Positions 18,071-27,752 of a DNA stretch of 43,786 bases are shown one piece after another. The first letter of the stretch is position 1; every line of letters begins with the position of its first letter. Source of the stretch: an uncultured Clostridia bacterium. GTDB lineage: Bacteria > Bacillota > Clostridia > Lachnospirales > Lachnospiraceae. The notes below the pieces were generated by a model. It was not told the origin of the DNA and did not search any database. It was given only the letters and a program-made list of their open reading frames with translations. The position numbers were made by a program, and so were the translations under genes. The stretch covers positions 1 through 43,786 of the forward strand of contig CAMUJB010000007.1 in assembly GCA_947089095.1 (NCBI GenBank). The letters run 5' to 3'.

Positions 18071-19546
18071 ATGCAAACGGAATTTGTAGTGCAAACAAAA
18101 AATCTTTGTAAGGTATTTGCCGGAAAGGAGGTTATTCACAACTGTACCATGTCTGTTGAGAGGGGAACAATCTATGGATTTTTGGGAAAAAACGGAGCCG
18201 GAAAAACGACAGTATTCAAAATCCTGTTAGGGTTGTTAAAACCCACTATGGGCGAAGTAAACGTTTTAGGTATGGACAGCAGCAAAAACAATTTGGAAGT
18301 ATTAAGGCGAACAGGAAGTCTGATAGAAACACCGATATTCTATGAACATCTGTCTGCTATGGATAATCTGCAATTACATCTTGACTATATGGAAATGAAT
18401 GGGGGAGAAATTGCGGAAACTCTTAAAATGGTAGGCTTATCAAATGTTGGTACACAGGCTGTTTCTACGTTTTCACTTGGTATGCGTCAACAGCTGGCGA
18501 TTGCACGAGCAATCGTACATAAGCCGGAACTTCTTATTTTAGACGAGCCTGTAAATGGTCTTGACCCCGTTGGAATAAAAGAAATGCGGAAACTGTTTTG
18601 TAAATTGGTAAAGCAACAAAACATTACCATTTTGCTTTCAAGCCATATCCTTTCTGCATTTGAGTCTCCCACTGTTCAAGCGTGTGTTCCTCAAATACAG
18701 TCTAGCGATAACATCATCAAGGGTAATGCGGTTGTAAATCAAGTAGCTGCGGTGGCTGCTCTCATTGCCCCGATACTTGGAAGTGTTCTCTATACTACCT
18801 TTGGCCTAAAGCCGGTTCTGTATGCAGGAGTTTTATGCTTTTTTGTTACGGCGGCATTTGAATGTTTTATTAAGCTGGAATACATACCAATAGATAACAG
18901 TAAAGGTCTTTTATCCATTATCAAGAGTGATTTTCTAACAAGTATGCGATTTATGGGCAAAGAACAATCCTGTATTTTAAAAATGTTGCTTTTAAGCACA
19001 TTGGTTAGTTTTTTTGTAATGGGAACAGCTATAGTAGGTCTGCCTTATATTGTGCGGAATGTACTGGACTTAAACGCTGAATATTATGGTTTTGCAGAAA
19101 GTGCGTTGGGATTGGCTGCAATCATTGGGAGCATTGCAGCCGGACTATTAACAGAGAAAATGAAACCCGGAAAACTATCAATCGTAGTTGTTGTTCTTGG
19201 AGTATTTCTTTTTCCGGCGGGCATTATTTTTCTTCTTCCAACAACAGCAATTACACGATACATTGTCAATATTATTTCGTTTTGTGGTATACAGATTGCT
19301 GCTTGCATTTTTTCTATTTTTGCTCTCTCTATAATACAGCAAAGAACCCCTAACCATTTAACGGGAAAAGTGATGGCATATGTCGCTACTATTTCTATGT
19401 GTGCCCAACCGTTAGGGCAAATGGTTTACGGAATATTGTTTGATAAATTTAGCAATGCCGTTTTTCTTGTATTACTTCCAACGGGAATACTTGTCTGCAT
19501 GATAGGTTTACTTGCCGTAAACTTTTTCAAAAGTTTAGAAAATTAG
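18071..19546 (+). CDS. Chimeric ORF: ABC-transporter ATP-binding domain (through the H-loop) fused in frame to the C-terminal half of an MFS transporter; probable deletion-derived fusion or pseudogene
   Basis: Walker A GKNGAGKTT, signature FSLGMRQQL, Walker B LLILDEP, and H-loop SSHIL. The remaining approx. 290 aa are polytopic MFS-like helices (LIAPILGSVLYTTFG ... LTGKVMAYVATISMCAQPLGQMVYGILFD). No ABC permease gene is present. Confidence 0.6.
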   Translation: MQTEFVVQTKNLCKVFAGKEVIHNCTMSVERGTIYGFLGKNGAGKTTVFKILLGLLKPTMGEVNVLGMDSSKNNLEVLRRTGSLIETPIFYEHLSAMDNLQLHLDYMEMNGGEIAETLKMVGLSNVGTQAVSTFSLGMRQQLAIARAIVHKPELLILDEPVNGLDPVGIKEMRKLFCKLVKQQNITILLSSHILSAFESPTVQACVPQIQSSDNIIKGNAVVNQVAAVAALIAPILGSVLYTTFGLKPVLYAGVLCFFVTAAFECFIKLEYIPIDNSKGLLSIIKSDFLTSMRFMGKEQSCILKMLLLSTLVSFFVMGTAIVGLPYIVRNVLDLNAEYYGFAESALGLAAIIGSIAAGLLTEKMKPGKLSIVVVVLGVFLFPAGIIFLLPTTAITRYIVNIISFCGIQIAACIFSIFALSIIQQRTPNHLTGKVMAYVATISMCAQPLGQMVYGILFDKFSNAVFLVLLPTGILVCMIGLLAVNFFKSLEN

Positions 19547-19633
19547 AGGGATATTGGTATAGAATGATTTGAATGGGTACATTGCCCTGTTTGCGGAAAT
19601 AAAACAAGATTGTGAATACGGAAAGATACGAAA

Positions 19634-19709
19634 GTCAAATCGGATATTCGCAATCCGCTTCGCTACTTGCTCATAACCTCATCAAGGAAGTCCCCGCTTC
19701 TAAGCCGCC
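19634..19709. repeat. Repeat modules B3 (reverse orientation) and a truncated A3 hairpin arm
   Basis: gtcaaatcggatattcgcaatccgcttcgctacttgctcataacctcat followed by caaggaagtccccgcttctaagccgcc. Confidence 0.55.
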
Positions 19710-19829
19710 AGACCATTGTGCCGAGGTTCGGCGGTTTCAACTATTTTATGCCCCACTGCCTCTGCCCCTGCCAGCAAAAAGCACAGGAGGAACAGGCAAG
19801 ATACAAAATATTACAAGCAGCAGAAAACA

Positions 19830-20075
19830 GCCAGAGTTGGGAAGCAATATCTTTCTGTTGTGACTTCGGAGGAAAGTTAGAAAATCTTAGGCTTCTGTCG
19901 ATCTCTAGGATTTTTTGCCATTCTCGAATGGCAAAAAAAGGGGTGTGTTTAGCCCGTTGTACGGGCGAATTGCACCCCGGTCCGTCCGGTTGGATACAGG
20001 TAAATGCAGAAGCCTTAGATTTTCTTACTTTCCGTAGAGCGGAACAGCAGAAAGATATTGCTTCCCAACTCTAGC
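19830..20075. mobile_element. MITE-like palindromic element C2, a diverged inverted copy of C1 with its own 28-bp TIRs
   Basis: TIR gccagagttgggaagcaatatctttctg / cagaaagatattgcttcccaactctagc. The core ttttttgccattctcgaatggcaaaaaaaggggtgtgtttagcccgttgtacgggcgaattgcacc is the reverse complement of the C1 core. Confidence 0.5.
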
Positions 20076-20158
20076 GTCCGTCTTGACACACCCCACTCTT
20101 TATTCCAGCCATAAAACATAAAACTTCCTCTCCGCTCCCCTCCCTTTCAACATGTCCC

Positions 20159-21097
20159 CTATTTCACCAGCAAATACCCAAAATAAACCAAATATCCAAC
20201 TAACATCACTACTCCTCCAAACCGCTCCAGCCGCATTTTTCGAAATACACACACCCAAAGCAAAATCCCCGCCAATATAGCAACAACGCCATCCACCAAA
20301 AATTCCATAGCAAACGGCACTGGTACAATCAAAGCCGTAGTTCCGACTACAAATAAAATATTAAAAATATTGCTCCCCACAATATTTCCAACTGCAATAT
20401 CCGCCTTTCCCTTCCGTGCCGCAATTACCGAAGTAACCAATTCTGGAAGTGAAGTTCCAAAAGCCACAATCGTAAGCCCAATTAACCGCTCACTCATTCC
20501 AAAAATAGCTGCAAGCCGATTAGCCGCATCCACTGTCACATCACTCCCCACAATAATCAGCACCATTCCAATCAAACCGGTAAGAAGCAACTTCCCCATC
20601 CGCTCCTGTTTTTCTTCTTCTGACTCCTGCTCTGCCATTCCCTGCTTTGCAGCCTGAAACAAATATCCAAGATAGACAAGAAAAAATCCCCAAAGCAAAA
20701 CCCCTTCCACACGGGTAATCATACCTCCGCTCATTCCGCAGACCAAAAGTACAGCCGAAACTCCAATCATAAAAGGCAGTTCAATCCGAATCGTAGATTT
20801 CTGCACCGCAATTGCTGTAATAACAGAAGTAATTCCAAGAATCACTAATACATTCATAATATTGCTTCCTACCACATTTCCAATTGTAATTCCGGCATTT
20901 CCCTTCATAGCTGCGGTAATACTAACTGCCGCCTCCGGTGCACTTGTTCCCATCGCTACAATCGTAAGCCCAATTACTAACTGCGGAATTCCGAATTTCT
21001 CCGCAATTCCAGATACCCCGTCTACAAACCAGTCAGCCCCTTTAATTAACATTACAAATCCCAATACCAACAATCCCATCTGCAATAATACTTCCAT
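20159..21097 (-). CDS. CaCA-family sodium/calcium antiporter (YrbG-like)
   Basis: Duplicated alpha-repeat motifs GTSAPE and GTSLPE within two 5-TM halves. Confidence 0.85.
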   Translation of the reverse strand: MEVLLQMGLLVLGFVMLIKGADWFVDGVSGIAEKFGIPQLVIGLTIVAMGTSAPEAAVSITAAMKGNAGITIGNVVGSNIMNVLVILGITSVITAIAVQKSTIRIELPFMIGVSAVLLVCGMSGGMITRVEGVLLWGFFLVYLGYLFQAAKQGMAEQESEEEKQERMGKLLLTGLIGMVLIIVGSDVTVDAANRLAAIFGMSERLIGLTIVAFGTSLPELVTSVIAARKGKADIAVGNIVGSNIFNILFVVGTTALIVPVPFAMEFLVDGVVAILAGILLWVCVFRKMRLERFGGVVMLVGYLVYFGYLLVK

Positions 21098-21184
21098 TTT
21101 TTCTTCCTCCTTTTTTCCTTTGAATTTTTACCAGATTTACTATTCCTATTTTGTGTTATGAAAGCAGCGATTATTCTGCAACCA

Positions 21185-21235
21185 CAAAAAGGGACAAAAC
21201 TTTTGCATATAATATGCCAAAAGTCTTGTCCCTTT
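21185..21235 (-). terminator. Long hairpin terminator downstream of the second MATE gene
   Basis: aaagggacaaaacttttgcatat-aat-atgccaaaagtcttgtcccttt (23-bp arms), followed on the minus strand by tttttgtgg. Confidence 0.5.
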
Positions 21236-21377
21236 CTATCTCTCAGAAAGTTGTACAGCCACGATAACAAATCGGGGGATGTTGACTGTACAATGATAAC
21301 TACTCCCTTTCAACTATCTTAAGTATACCTAATTTTTACAATATGTCAATCTTAAAACTAAAAATTTTTTAATTTTA

Positions 21378-22769
21378 TTATAAAGAAGAATATTCTCGAA
21401 TTACTTTCCAAGCAAATCCTCCAGAAAGCACCATAGCAATTGTCCACCCAATCGGCCAAGACAGCCATACTGCCGTTACTCCGCCAAAATAAGCAAACAG
21501 ATAAGCGAGAATCACCCGAAGAATCAAATCTGTAAAAGTAGACAACATAAACATCCGCATCCGTCCGGTTCCCCGAAGTACTCCGTCAGCCGCTAATTTA
21601 ATAGAAATTACCAGATAAAAAGGAGAGACAATCCGCAAAAACTCCACACCTGTTTTCATCGCCTGTGCACTTTCATCCTTTAAAAAAAGCCCCATCATCT
21701 GCCCTCCAAATCCAAAAAAACAAACCAGAAAAGGCAGTGCCGCCAACACACCGATCCCCATTCCCGCACGCAGTCCTTCTTTTATTCGTTTTAATTTTCC
21801 CGCCCCAAGATTTTGTGCCGTAAAACTAGAAATTCCATTTCCCAATGTAGTAAAACTGGTAATCGCAAATGTATTTAATTTAATAGCAGCAGAATAGCCA
21901 GCTATTACAGAAGATCCAAATCCATTAATCAAACTTTGAATAAAAATATTTCCAATCGAAACAAAACTCTGCTGTAAAATACTTGGAACCGCAATGGCAC
22001 CAATTTTTTTTAACATGTTCCATGAAAACAACACCGTTCCTTCTCCGTGAATGTTTCTTATTTTTTTATTCAATGTCCATAGGGCAAATACACAGGCAAT
22101 TCCCTGTGCTAAAAAGGTTGCCCAGGCTACTCCGGGTACGCCCCATTGAAAAACAGCAACAAATAGATAATCTAGTACAATATTTCCAAGGGAAGAGCCG
22201 ATTAAAAAGTAAAGCGGTGTTTTAGAATCTCCAAGAGAAGTAAAAATACCAGTTCCTACATTATAAAGATATAGAAATAAAAATCCAGCAATGTAAATTC
22301 TAAGATAGACGGCACCCTCTTCAAAAATATTGCTTGGTGTGCGGATCATCTCCATTAAACTGCGTGTCCCCATCAAACCTGCTCCCATTAACAATATAGA
22401 TAAACCTGCCGAAGCAACTAAAGTGGTAAAAATGGCGGTTTTCATCATTCCATACTGCTTTGCTCCATATAGCTGAGAAATGACAACGGCACATCCAATA
22501 TTGCTTCCAATGGCAATCGCCATAAAGATCATCGTAATGGGATAGGAAGCTCCTACTGCTGCCAGTGCATCCTCTCCTGCAAATTTTCCAGCAATTACGC
22601 TGTCCGCAATATTATAAAGCTGCTGAAAAATTACACTGATAAACATTGGTATTGAAAAATTCCACAATACATAAAGCGGTTTTCCCTCTGTTAAATCTTT
22701 CATCTCGTTTGTCCTTCTTTCGTCTGTATCATTCTTCACCACTTTATACCTATTTTTTTTAAATAGCAA
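21378..22769 (-). CDS. MATE-family efflux transporter (NorM-like)
   Basis: 463 aa with 12 TM helices and a MATE N-terminal signature region (LWNFSIPMFISVIFQQLYNIADSVIAGKF). Confidence 0.85.
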   Translation of the reverse strand: MLFKKNRYKVVKNDTDERRTNEMKDLTEGKPLYVLWNFSIPMFISVIFQQLYNIADSVIAGKFAGEDALAAVGASYPITMIFMAIAIGSNIGCAVVISQLYGAKQYGMMKTAIFTTLVASAGLSILLMGAGLMGTRSLMEMIRTPSNIFEEGAVYLRIYIAGFLFLYLYNVGTGIFTSLGDSKTPLYFLIGSSLGNIVLDYLFVAVFQWGVPGVAWATFLAQGIACVFALWTLNKKIRNIHGEGTVLFSWNMLKKIGAIAVPSILQQSFVSIGNIFIQSLINGFGSSVIAGYSAAIKLNTFAITSFTTLGNGISSFTAQNLGAGKLKRIKEGLRAGMGIGVLAALPFLVCFFGFGGQMMGLFLKDESAQAMKTGVEFLRIVSPFYLVISIKLAADGVLRGTGRMRMFMLSTFTDLILRVILAYLFAYFGGVTAVWLSWPIGWTIAMVLSGGFAWKVIREYSSL

Positions 22770-22777
22770 GCTTTTTT

Positions 22778-23662
22778 TTATTCCACTATTGCATCTAGTC
22801 CATTTTCCCCTTCTTTTGCAGTAGAAATAAAAACTTCTACTCGGTTAGGCAGACAAATAATTCTTTCTTGTGTTCTAGAGATTGCCCGTTCTTTTACACA
22901 GAGTAAATCGGGACAAGAGGATTCACTGATAAAGGCTGTTTTATTCTGTATCGTCAATATCGTATAGTTTCCATTTCCCCAATCGAGCCGATAAACCCCG
23001 TCCTGGGAAAGCGGATATTCTTGATAAAAAGATGCATCTTTATAAACTATAACACCCTCTCCCTCTCTCTTTGCAAGTTCGACTCCGCCAAGTACCAGTC
23101 CTCCTATTAAGACAAAGCCAAGCCCTATTGTTCCGTCTAATATCCCTATCTTTTGCTGATTGTGCTGCCCTTTTAAACTTTGCAAAACCTTAGAAGCAAT
23201 TACTCCAATGACTCCTCCTGTCAGAACACCTGCGGGCAGCAAAATTCCCAAATAAGTAAAAATACTGCTGCTTTTTAGTACAATGGCTGCTATTCCTATC
23301 TGTCCGATATTGTGCAGTGCTCCTCCTGCCATACTAACACCATATAGGCTGCAGCATTTTTTTTGCTTTAAAAAAACCATTCCTAAAAAACTAAGGATTC
23401 CTCCAGCTAACCCATAAATCATAGGAAATATCCCGCTAAATGCAAAACCGCTCAGTAAGATCCGAAGAATAGAAATAAAAAAAGCGGCTTTTTCTCCTAT
23501 TGTATAAAGAGCAATTACTGTAACCAGATTTGCCAATCCAAGTTTTATTCCGGGTATAGGGATAAGCACAGGAAACAGAGACTCTAAATAGCTAAAAATA
23601 AAAGCTAAAGCCACTAATATTCCTCCAGTCGCCAATTTCTCACCATATTGTTTGTTTTGCAT
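22778..23662 (-). CDS. Fusion of a Gx-transporter-family membrane domain (heptaprenyl-diphosphate-synthase-component-I-like) with a NusG-domain-II-like C-terminal domain
   Basis: N-terminus has about 5 TM helices (GILVALAFIFSYLESLFPVL...). The soluble C-terminus (VYRLDWGNGNYTILTIQNKTAFISESSCPDLLCV) resembles NusG_II-type domains usually encoded as a separate neighbouring gene. Confidence 0.5.
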   Translation of the reverse strand: MQNKQYGEKLATGGILVALAFIFSYLESLFPVLIPIPGIKLGLANLVTVIALYTIGEKAAFFISILRILLSGFAFSGIFPMIYGLAGGILSFLGMVFLKQKKCCSLYGVSMAGGALHNIGQIGIAAIVLKSSSIFTYLGILLPAGVLTGGVIGVIASKVLQSLKGQHNQQKIGILDGTIGLGFVLIGGLVLGGVELAKREGEGVIVYKDASFYQEYPLSQDGVYRLDWGNGNYTILTIQNKTAFISESSCPDLLCVKERAISRTQERIICLPNRVEVFISTAKEGENGLDAIVE

Positions 23663-23777
23663 ATTCTTTTCTCCTTATTACTAATAATCTGATTCAAAGT
23701 GGGTTTTTAAATAAAATAGGATGCCGATTCTAAGTATAAAAAAATTTAGAACCGATATCCCATTCGATTTCAGTATA

Positions 23778-23873
23778 GGTTATGAGCAAGTAGCAAAGCG
23801 GATTGCGAATATCCGATTTGACCCTATCAAAGAAGTCCCCCTTCTAAGCCAGAAAGCGGCGGGGGACTTCCTT
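23778..23873. repeat. Repeat modules B4 (direct) and A4 hairpin
   Basis: ggttatgagcaagtagcaaagcggattgcgaatatccgatttgac, then caaagaagtccccc...gggggacttccttt. Confidence 0.55.
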
Positions 23874-23939
23874 TAACTAAAAAACGGCTTTTTATCAAAT
23901 TCCTTGTCTTTTCTAATGTTAATGTAAGACATCATCTTT

Positions 23940-24722
23940 TTAAGATATAATCTTAACTGGACATTTTTCTGCACATTTTCCGCAATTCGTACATTTCTCA
24001 TAATCAATATGAGCGATATTCTGTGTTACGGTAATGGCACCGCTTTCACATTGTTTTGTACAAAGCATACAGCCGATACAGCCTACGGAGCAAGCCTCTT
24101 TTACCGCTTTTCCTTTTTCTTTTGAAGAGCACTGTACCAGATGTTTTGCTGAATAAGGTACCAGTTCAATTAACTGTTTCGGACAGGCTGCTACGCACTT
24201 TCCGCAAGCTACGCATTTTTCTTTATCGACTACGGCTACCCCATCTACTACATGAATCGCATCAAACTGACATGCCGTTACACAAGATCCATATCCTAAG
24301 CATCCAAATGCACATGCTTTCTCTCCGCGTCCAGGAGCCATTACCGCTTCCTTACAGTCTGGAATCCCATAGTAATGATACTTTCTTTCCGTTTTATCGC
24401 AAGTTCCGACACACTTTACAAAAGCCACTTGTTTTTCACTGTCTCCGGCACTAATCCCCATAACACCACTGATCTGTTCCGCTACAGAGGCTCCTCCTAC
24501 CGGACATCCGTTTACCGGAGCTTCGCCTTTTACAATCGCAGCTGCCAATCCATCACATCCGGCGTAACCACAGCCACCACAGTTATTTCCAGGGAGAAAT
24601 CCACGCACAGCAATTTCTCTTTCATCTACTTCTACTTCGAACTTTTTATTGGCAATTCCCAATACCAGTCCGATAATCAATCCCGTTATACCGACCACCG
24701 CAGTAGCAATTATAATATTCAT
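23940..24722 (-). CDS. rnfB: Rnf complex subunit B (ferredoxin-like, multiple 4Fe-4S clusters)
   Basis: N-terminal TM helix plus Cys clusters CGGCGYAGC and CxxCxxCxxxCP. Start placed at MNIII, where GGAGG lies 9 nt upstream. The ORF-track start is 3 codons earlier. Confidence 0.85.
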   Translation of the reverse strand: MNIIIATAVVGITGLIIGLVLGIANKKFEVEVDEREIAVRGFLPGNNCGGCGYAGCDGLAAAIVKGEAPVNGCPVGGASVAEQISGVMGISAGDSEKQVAFVKCVGTCDKTERKYHYYGIPDCKEAVMAPGRGEKACAFGCLGYGSCVTACQFDAIHVVDGVAVVDKEKCVACGKCVAACPKQLIELVPYSAKHLVQCSSKEKGKAVKEACSVGCIGCMLCTKQCESGAITVTQNIAHIDYEKCTNCGKCAEKCPVKIIS

Positions 24723-24740
24723 ACCTGCCATCCTCCTCTC

Positions 24741-25316
24741 TTATAATACACCCGAAAATCCAACAAAAGCCATTGCCATCAGTCCGGCTGTAATTAAAAG
24801 AATCGGTGAACCCTGAAATGCTTTCGGCACATCGTTGTGCTCGTTTCTCTCTCGTATACCGGCAAGAATTACAATTGCTATTGTAAAACCTGCTGCCGTA
24901 CCAAAACCATTGATAATACTTTTGAAAATGCCATATTCTTTCTGTACATTAATAATTGCAATTCCCAATACCGCACAGTTTGTTGTAATCAAAGGCAGAT
25001 AAACGCCAAGTGCCTGATAAAGCCCAGGCATTACCTTCTTTAATACAATTTCTACAAACTGCACCAACGCTGCAATCACCAAAATAAATACAATCGTCTG
25101 CAGATACTCTAATTGAAACCGCTGTAACACCTGTGTATAAATCACACTGGTAACAGCCGAAGCAATTGTAATAACAAAGATAACTGCTGCACCCATTCCT
25201 ATAGAAGTATCTACCTTTTTCGAAACACCCAAAAAAGGACAAAGCCCTAAGAACTGACTGAGAACAACGTTATTTACCAGTGCCGCACTAATTAAAATAA
25301 TCAGTAATTCTTTCAT
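24741..25316 (-). CDS. rnfA: Rnf complex subunit A
   Basis: MKELLIILISAALVNNVVLSQFLGLCPFLGVSKK is a typical RnfA/NqrE-like polytopic sequence. Confidence 0.9.
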   Translation of the reverse strand: MKELLIILISAALVNNVVLSQFLGLCPFLGVSKKVDTSIGMGAAVIFVITIASAVTSVIYTQVLQRFQLEYLQTIVFILVIAALVQFVEIVLKKVMPGLYQALGVYLPLITTNCAVLGIAIINVQKEYGIFKSIINGFGTAAGFTIAIVILAGIRERNEHNDVPKAFQGSPILLITAGLMAMAFVGFSGVL

Positions 25317-25336
25317 CCTGCTTTCCGCCTTTCTTT

Positions 25337-26044
25337 TTATTTTCTATTTTCCTTCTGGTTCTCAATCTTTTCATGATTTGCCCGGCAGGTATTTCCAGAA
25401 CACGCTGCACAATTTCCGCCGCAGGAAATTTCAGTTCCCTTTTGATTGGTAGCGGATTTTAATTTTAGTTTATTTTGAAGTGCAGTTAATGCTGCAAGTA
25501 CAAAAAATGCCCCAGGTGCCATAATAAAAATACTGACTGGTTCATACGAAGCCGGTGTAAGAGCTGCACCAAAGATCGTACCAGAACCGATCCATTCCCG
25601 AAATGCACCGATAAAAGTAAGCCCAACCGTAAATCCCAGTCCCATGCCGATTCCATCACAGGCAGAAAGAAGCACTGGATTTTTATAGGCATACGCTTCT
25701 GCACGTCCCAAGATAATACAATTTACTACAATTAAAGAAATATAAATTCCAAGTGCCTGATAAAGTGAATAGATATAGGCTTCCATAATCAATTCCAGCA
25801 TTGTAACAAACGAAGCTACAATTACAATAAATGCCGGAATTCTTACCTTATCTGGAATCACCTTCCGAAGCATAGAAATAATCATATTGGATAAAATCAG
25901 CACAACTGTAGTAGAAAGCCCCATTCCAAGCCCATTCATTGCCGAGGTGGTTACTGCCAAGGTCGGACACATACCAAGCATTAGAACAAAAGTAGGATTT
26001 TCTTTTATAATCCCGTTATAAATACGTTCGATATATTGATTCAT
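25337..26044 (-). CDS. rnfE: Rnf complex subunit E with a Cys-rich C-terminal tail
   Basis: LMLGMCPTLAVTTSAMNGLGMGLSTTVVL is a RnfE/NqrD-type sequence. The tail is CGGNCAACSGNTC. Confidence 0.9.
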   Translation of the reverse strand: MNQYIERIYNGIIKENPTFVLMLGMCPTLAVTTSAMNGLGMGLSTTVVLILSNMIISMLRKVIPDKVRIPAFIVIVASFVTMLELIMEAYIYSLYQALGIYISLIVVNCIILGRAEAYAYKNPVLLSACDGIGMGLGFTVGLTFIGAFREWIGSGTIFGAALTPASYEPVSIFIMAPGAFFVLAALTALQNKLKLKSATNQKGTEISCGGNCAACSGNTCRANHEKIENQKENRK

Positions 26045-26118
26045 TTTGTTCCTCTTTCCCTAATATTTTTATGTTATTCTTCTAATTTCTTCTAATTTAT
26101 AAAATCTTAACTTTACAC

Positions 26119-26182
26119 GATATTTTGATATTTTGATATTTTAATGCTTTGATGCTTTAATACTTTAATACTTTGATGTTTT
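26119..26182. repeat. Octanucleotide microsatellite (RATRYTTT x 8) abutting the rnfG stop codon
   Basis: gatattttgatattttgatattttaatgctttgatgctttaatactttaatactttgatgtttt. A 9-nt tandem tcttctaat x2 precedes it at 26076-26100. Confidence 0.7.
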
Positions 26183-26809
26183 TTATTCCGCATAATCAGA
26201 AGCAAAGGCAAGAGCGGCATTAACAGCATTGGTCACTGCTTTTGAAGTAATCGTAGAACTTGTCATTGCATCAATTTCATTCTCTGCTGTTGCCCCAGTT
26301 GTTGTCACCAAAAACCGATCTACGGTTTTATCCATATATTGAGATAAAAAAGCAGGTTCCTTTGCCCTTGCACCAAGTCCGACTGTCTCATTCATATCTA
26401 AAATGGAAACCCCTTCAATATGTCCGTCTAAGCGAATTCCCATTGCTACTTGAATATCGCCTCCATATCCTTCTCTTGAAGTAGCAGAAACAATATAGCC
26501 GACAACAGCACCGGATTCATCCTTTGCATACAGTGCCTCATTGACAACCACCTTACCAAACTCGCTTCCATTTGTATTCCAATCATTGGAACAAGCCAAT
26601 ACTTTTTCTGCCAATTCTGCTGACTCTTCGAACTCTGCTGCTGTCTGATAAACAGAGCGGTATGTATTTTGCTTTTCTATCACTTTCCGCTGTGCAATCG
26701 GATCTTTTGTCATATCATAAATAACTCCCAGCAAAAGTCCTGCAATCAATGTAATGGTACAGAGAATCAGAGCATCTTTTATCATTGTATCTTTTTTCTT
26801 ATTTTCCAT
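26183..26809 (-). CDS. rnfG: Rnf complex subunit G (FMN-binding)
   Basis: FMN_bind-type C-terminus (TSSTITSKAVTNAVNAALAF). Start chosen at MENKKKD, with RBS ggaaaggag 9 nt upstream. The longer ORF-track start would overlap rnfD by 59 nt. Confidence 0.8.
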   Translation of the reverse strand: MENKKKDTMIKDALILCTITLIAGLLLGVIYDMTKDPIAQRKVIEKQNTYRSVYQTAAEFEESAELAEKVLACSNDWNTNGSEFGKVVVNEALYAKDESGAVVGYIVSATSREGYGGDIQVAMGIRLDGHIEGVSILDMNETVGLGARAKEPAFLSQYMDKTVDRFLVTTTGATAENEIDAMTSSTITSKAVTNAVNAALAFASDYAE

Positions 26810-27737
26810 TTCCTGTCTTCTCCTTTCCAAATGCAGCCGGCAAGGTGACACGCTCAATCAATGGCACCAGCATATTGCAGAAAATAATCGCATAAGAAAC
26901 ACCTTCTGCAGAAGCACCAAAGATACGGAAAATTCCAGTTAAAATACCCAGCATTACCCCAAATACAATCTGTCCGTTTGGTGTAATCGGACTGGTCACA
27001 TAATCAGTTGCCATAAAAAATGCTCCCAGCATCAGCCCGCCGCCGAATAACTGTGCACCCAAATAAGAAAGATCCAAGCCATGCCCGCCAAATATTACTG
27101 CAAACAAAGCAAATGTTCCAATATAAACCAAAGGAATCCGCAGACTAATCACTTTTTTCCACACCAGATAAGCAGCACCGATTAAAACAGCCAGTGCAGA
27201 AACTTCCCCAATCGTACCTCCGATAAATCCAAAAAACATATCCATCACATTGACGGATTCTCCATTCTTTAACAGAGCAAGCGGCGTTGCACCGGAAACT
27301 CCGTCACAGGAAAACCGTGTCATTCTTCCGGCAAAAGAGATCAGCAAAAAACAACGTGCTGCAAGTGCCGGATTCATAAAGTTCTGTCCCAATCCTCCAA
27401 AGAGCTGCTTTACTACTAAAATAGCAAATACTCCGCCAATTAAAGGAATCCACCAAGGCACTTCCACAGAAAGATTTAATCCCAGTAATATTCCCGTTAC
27501 TAATGCACTGCCGTCCTCTATTGTAATCTTTTGTTTCATTCCCCTCTGATAGAGATATTCCGTTCCGACACATGCTGCAATTGACACCAGCATAATAATC
27601 AAAGCCCGATATCCAAAATGAAAAATACCAAAGGCAGTGGTCGGAAGTAACGCAATCGCCACATCAAACATAATACTATGTGTTGTATCCTTGCTTCTGA
27701 CATGAGGTGCACAAGATACATTTAACATCTGACTCAT
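26799..27737 (-). CDS. rnfD: Rnf complex subunit D
   Basis: RnfD/NqrB-like polytopic sequence. Start placed at MSQML, where GGAGGAG lies 7 nt upstream. The ORF track begins 5 codons earlier, at 27752. Confidence 0.85.
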   Translation of the reverse strand: MSQMLNVSCAPHVRSKDTTHSIMFDVAIALLPTTAFGIFHFGYRALIIMLVSIAACVGTEYLYQRGMKQKITIEDGSALVTGILLGLNLSVEVPWWIPLIGGVFAILVVKQLFGGLGQNFMNPALAARCFLLISFAGRMTRFSCDGVSGATPLALLKNGESVNVMDMFFGFIGGTIGEVSALAVLIGAAYLVWKKVISLRIPLVYIGTFALFAVIFGGHGLDLSYLGAQLFGGGLMLGAFFMATDYVTSPITPNGQIVFGVMLGILTGIFRIFGASAEGVSYAIIFCNMLVPLIERVTLPAAFGKEKTGNGK

Positions 27738-27752
27738 AAAGGTCTCCTCCAT

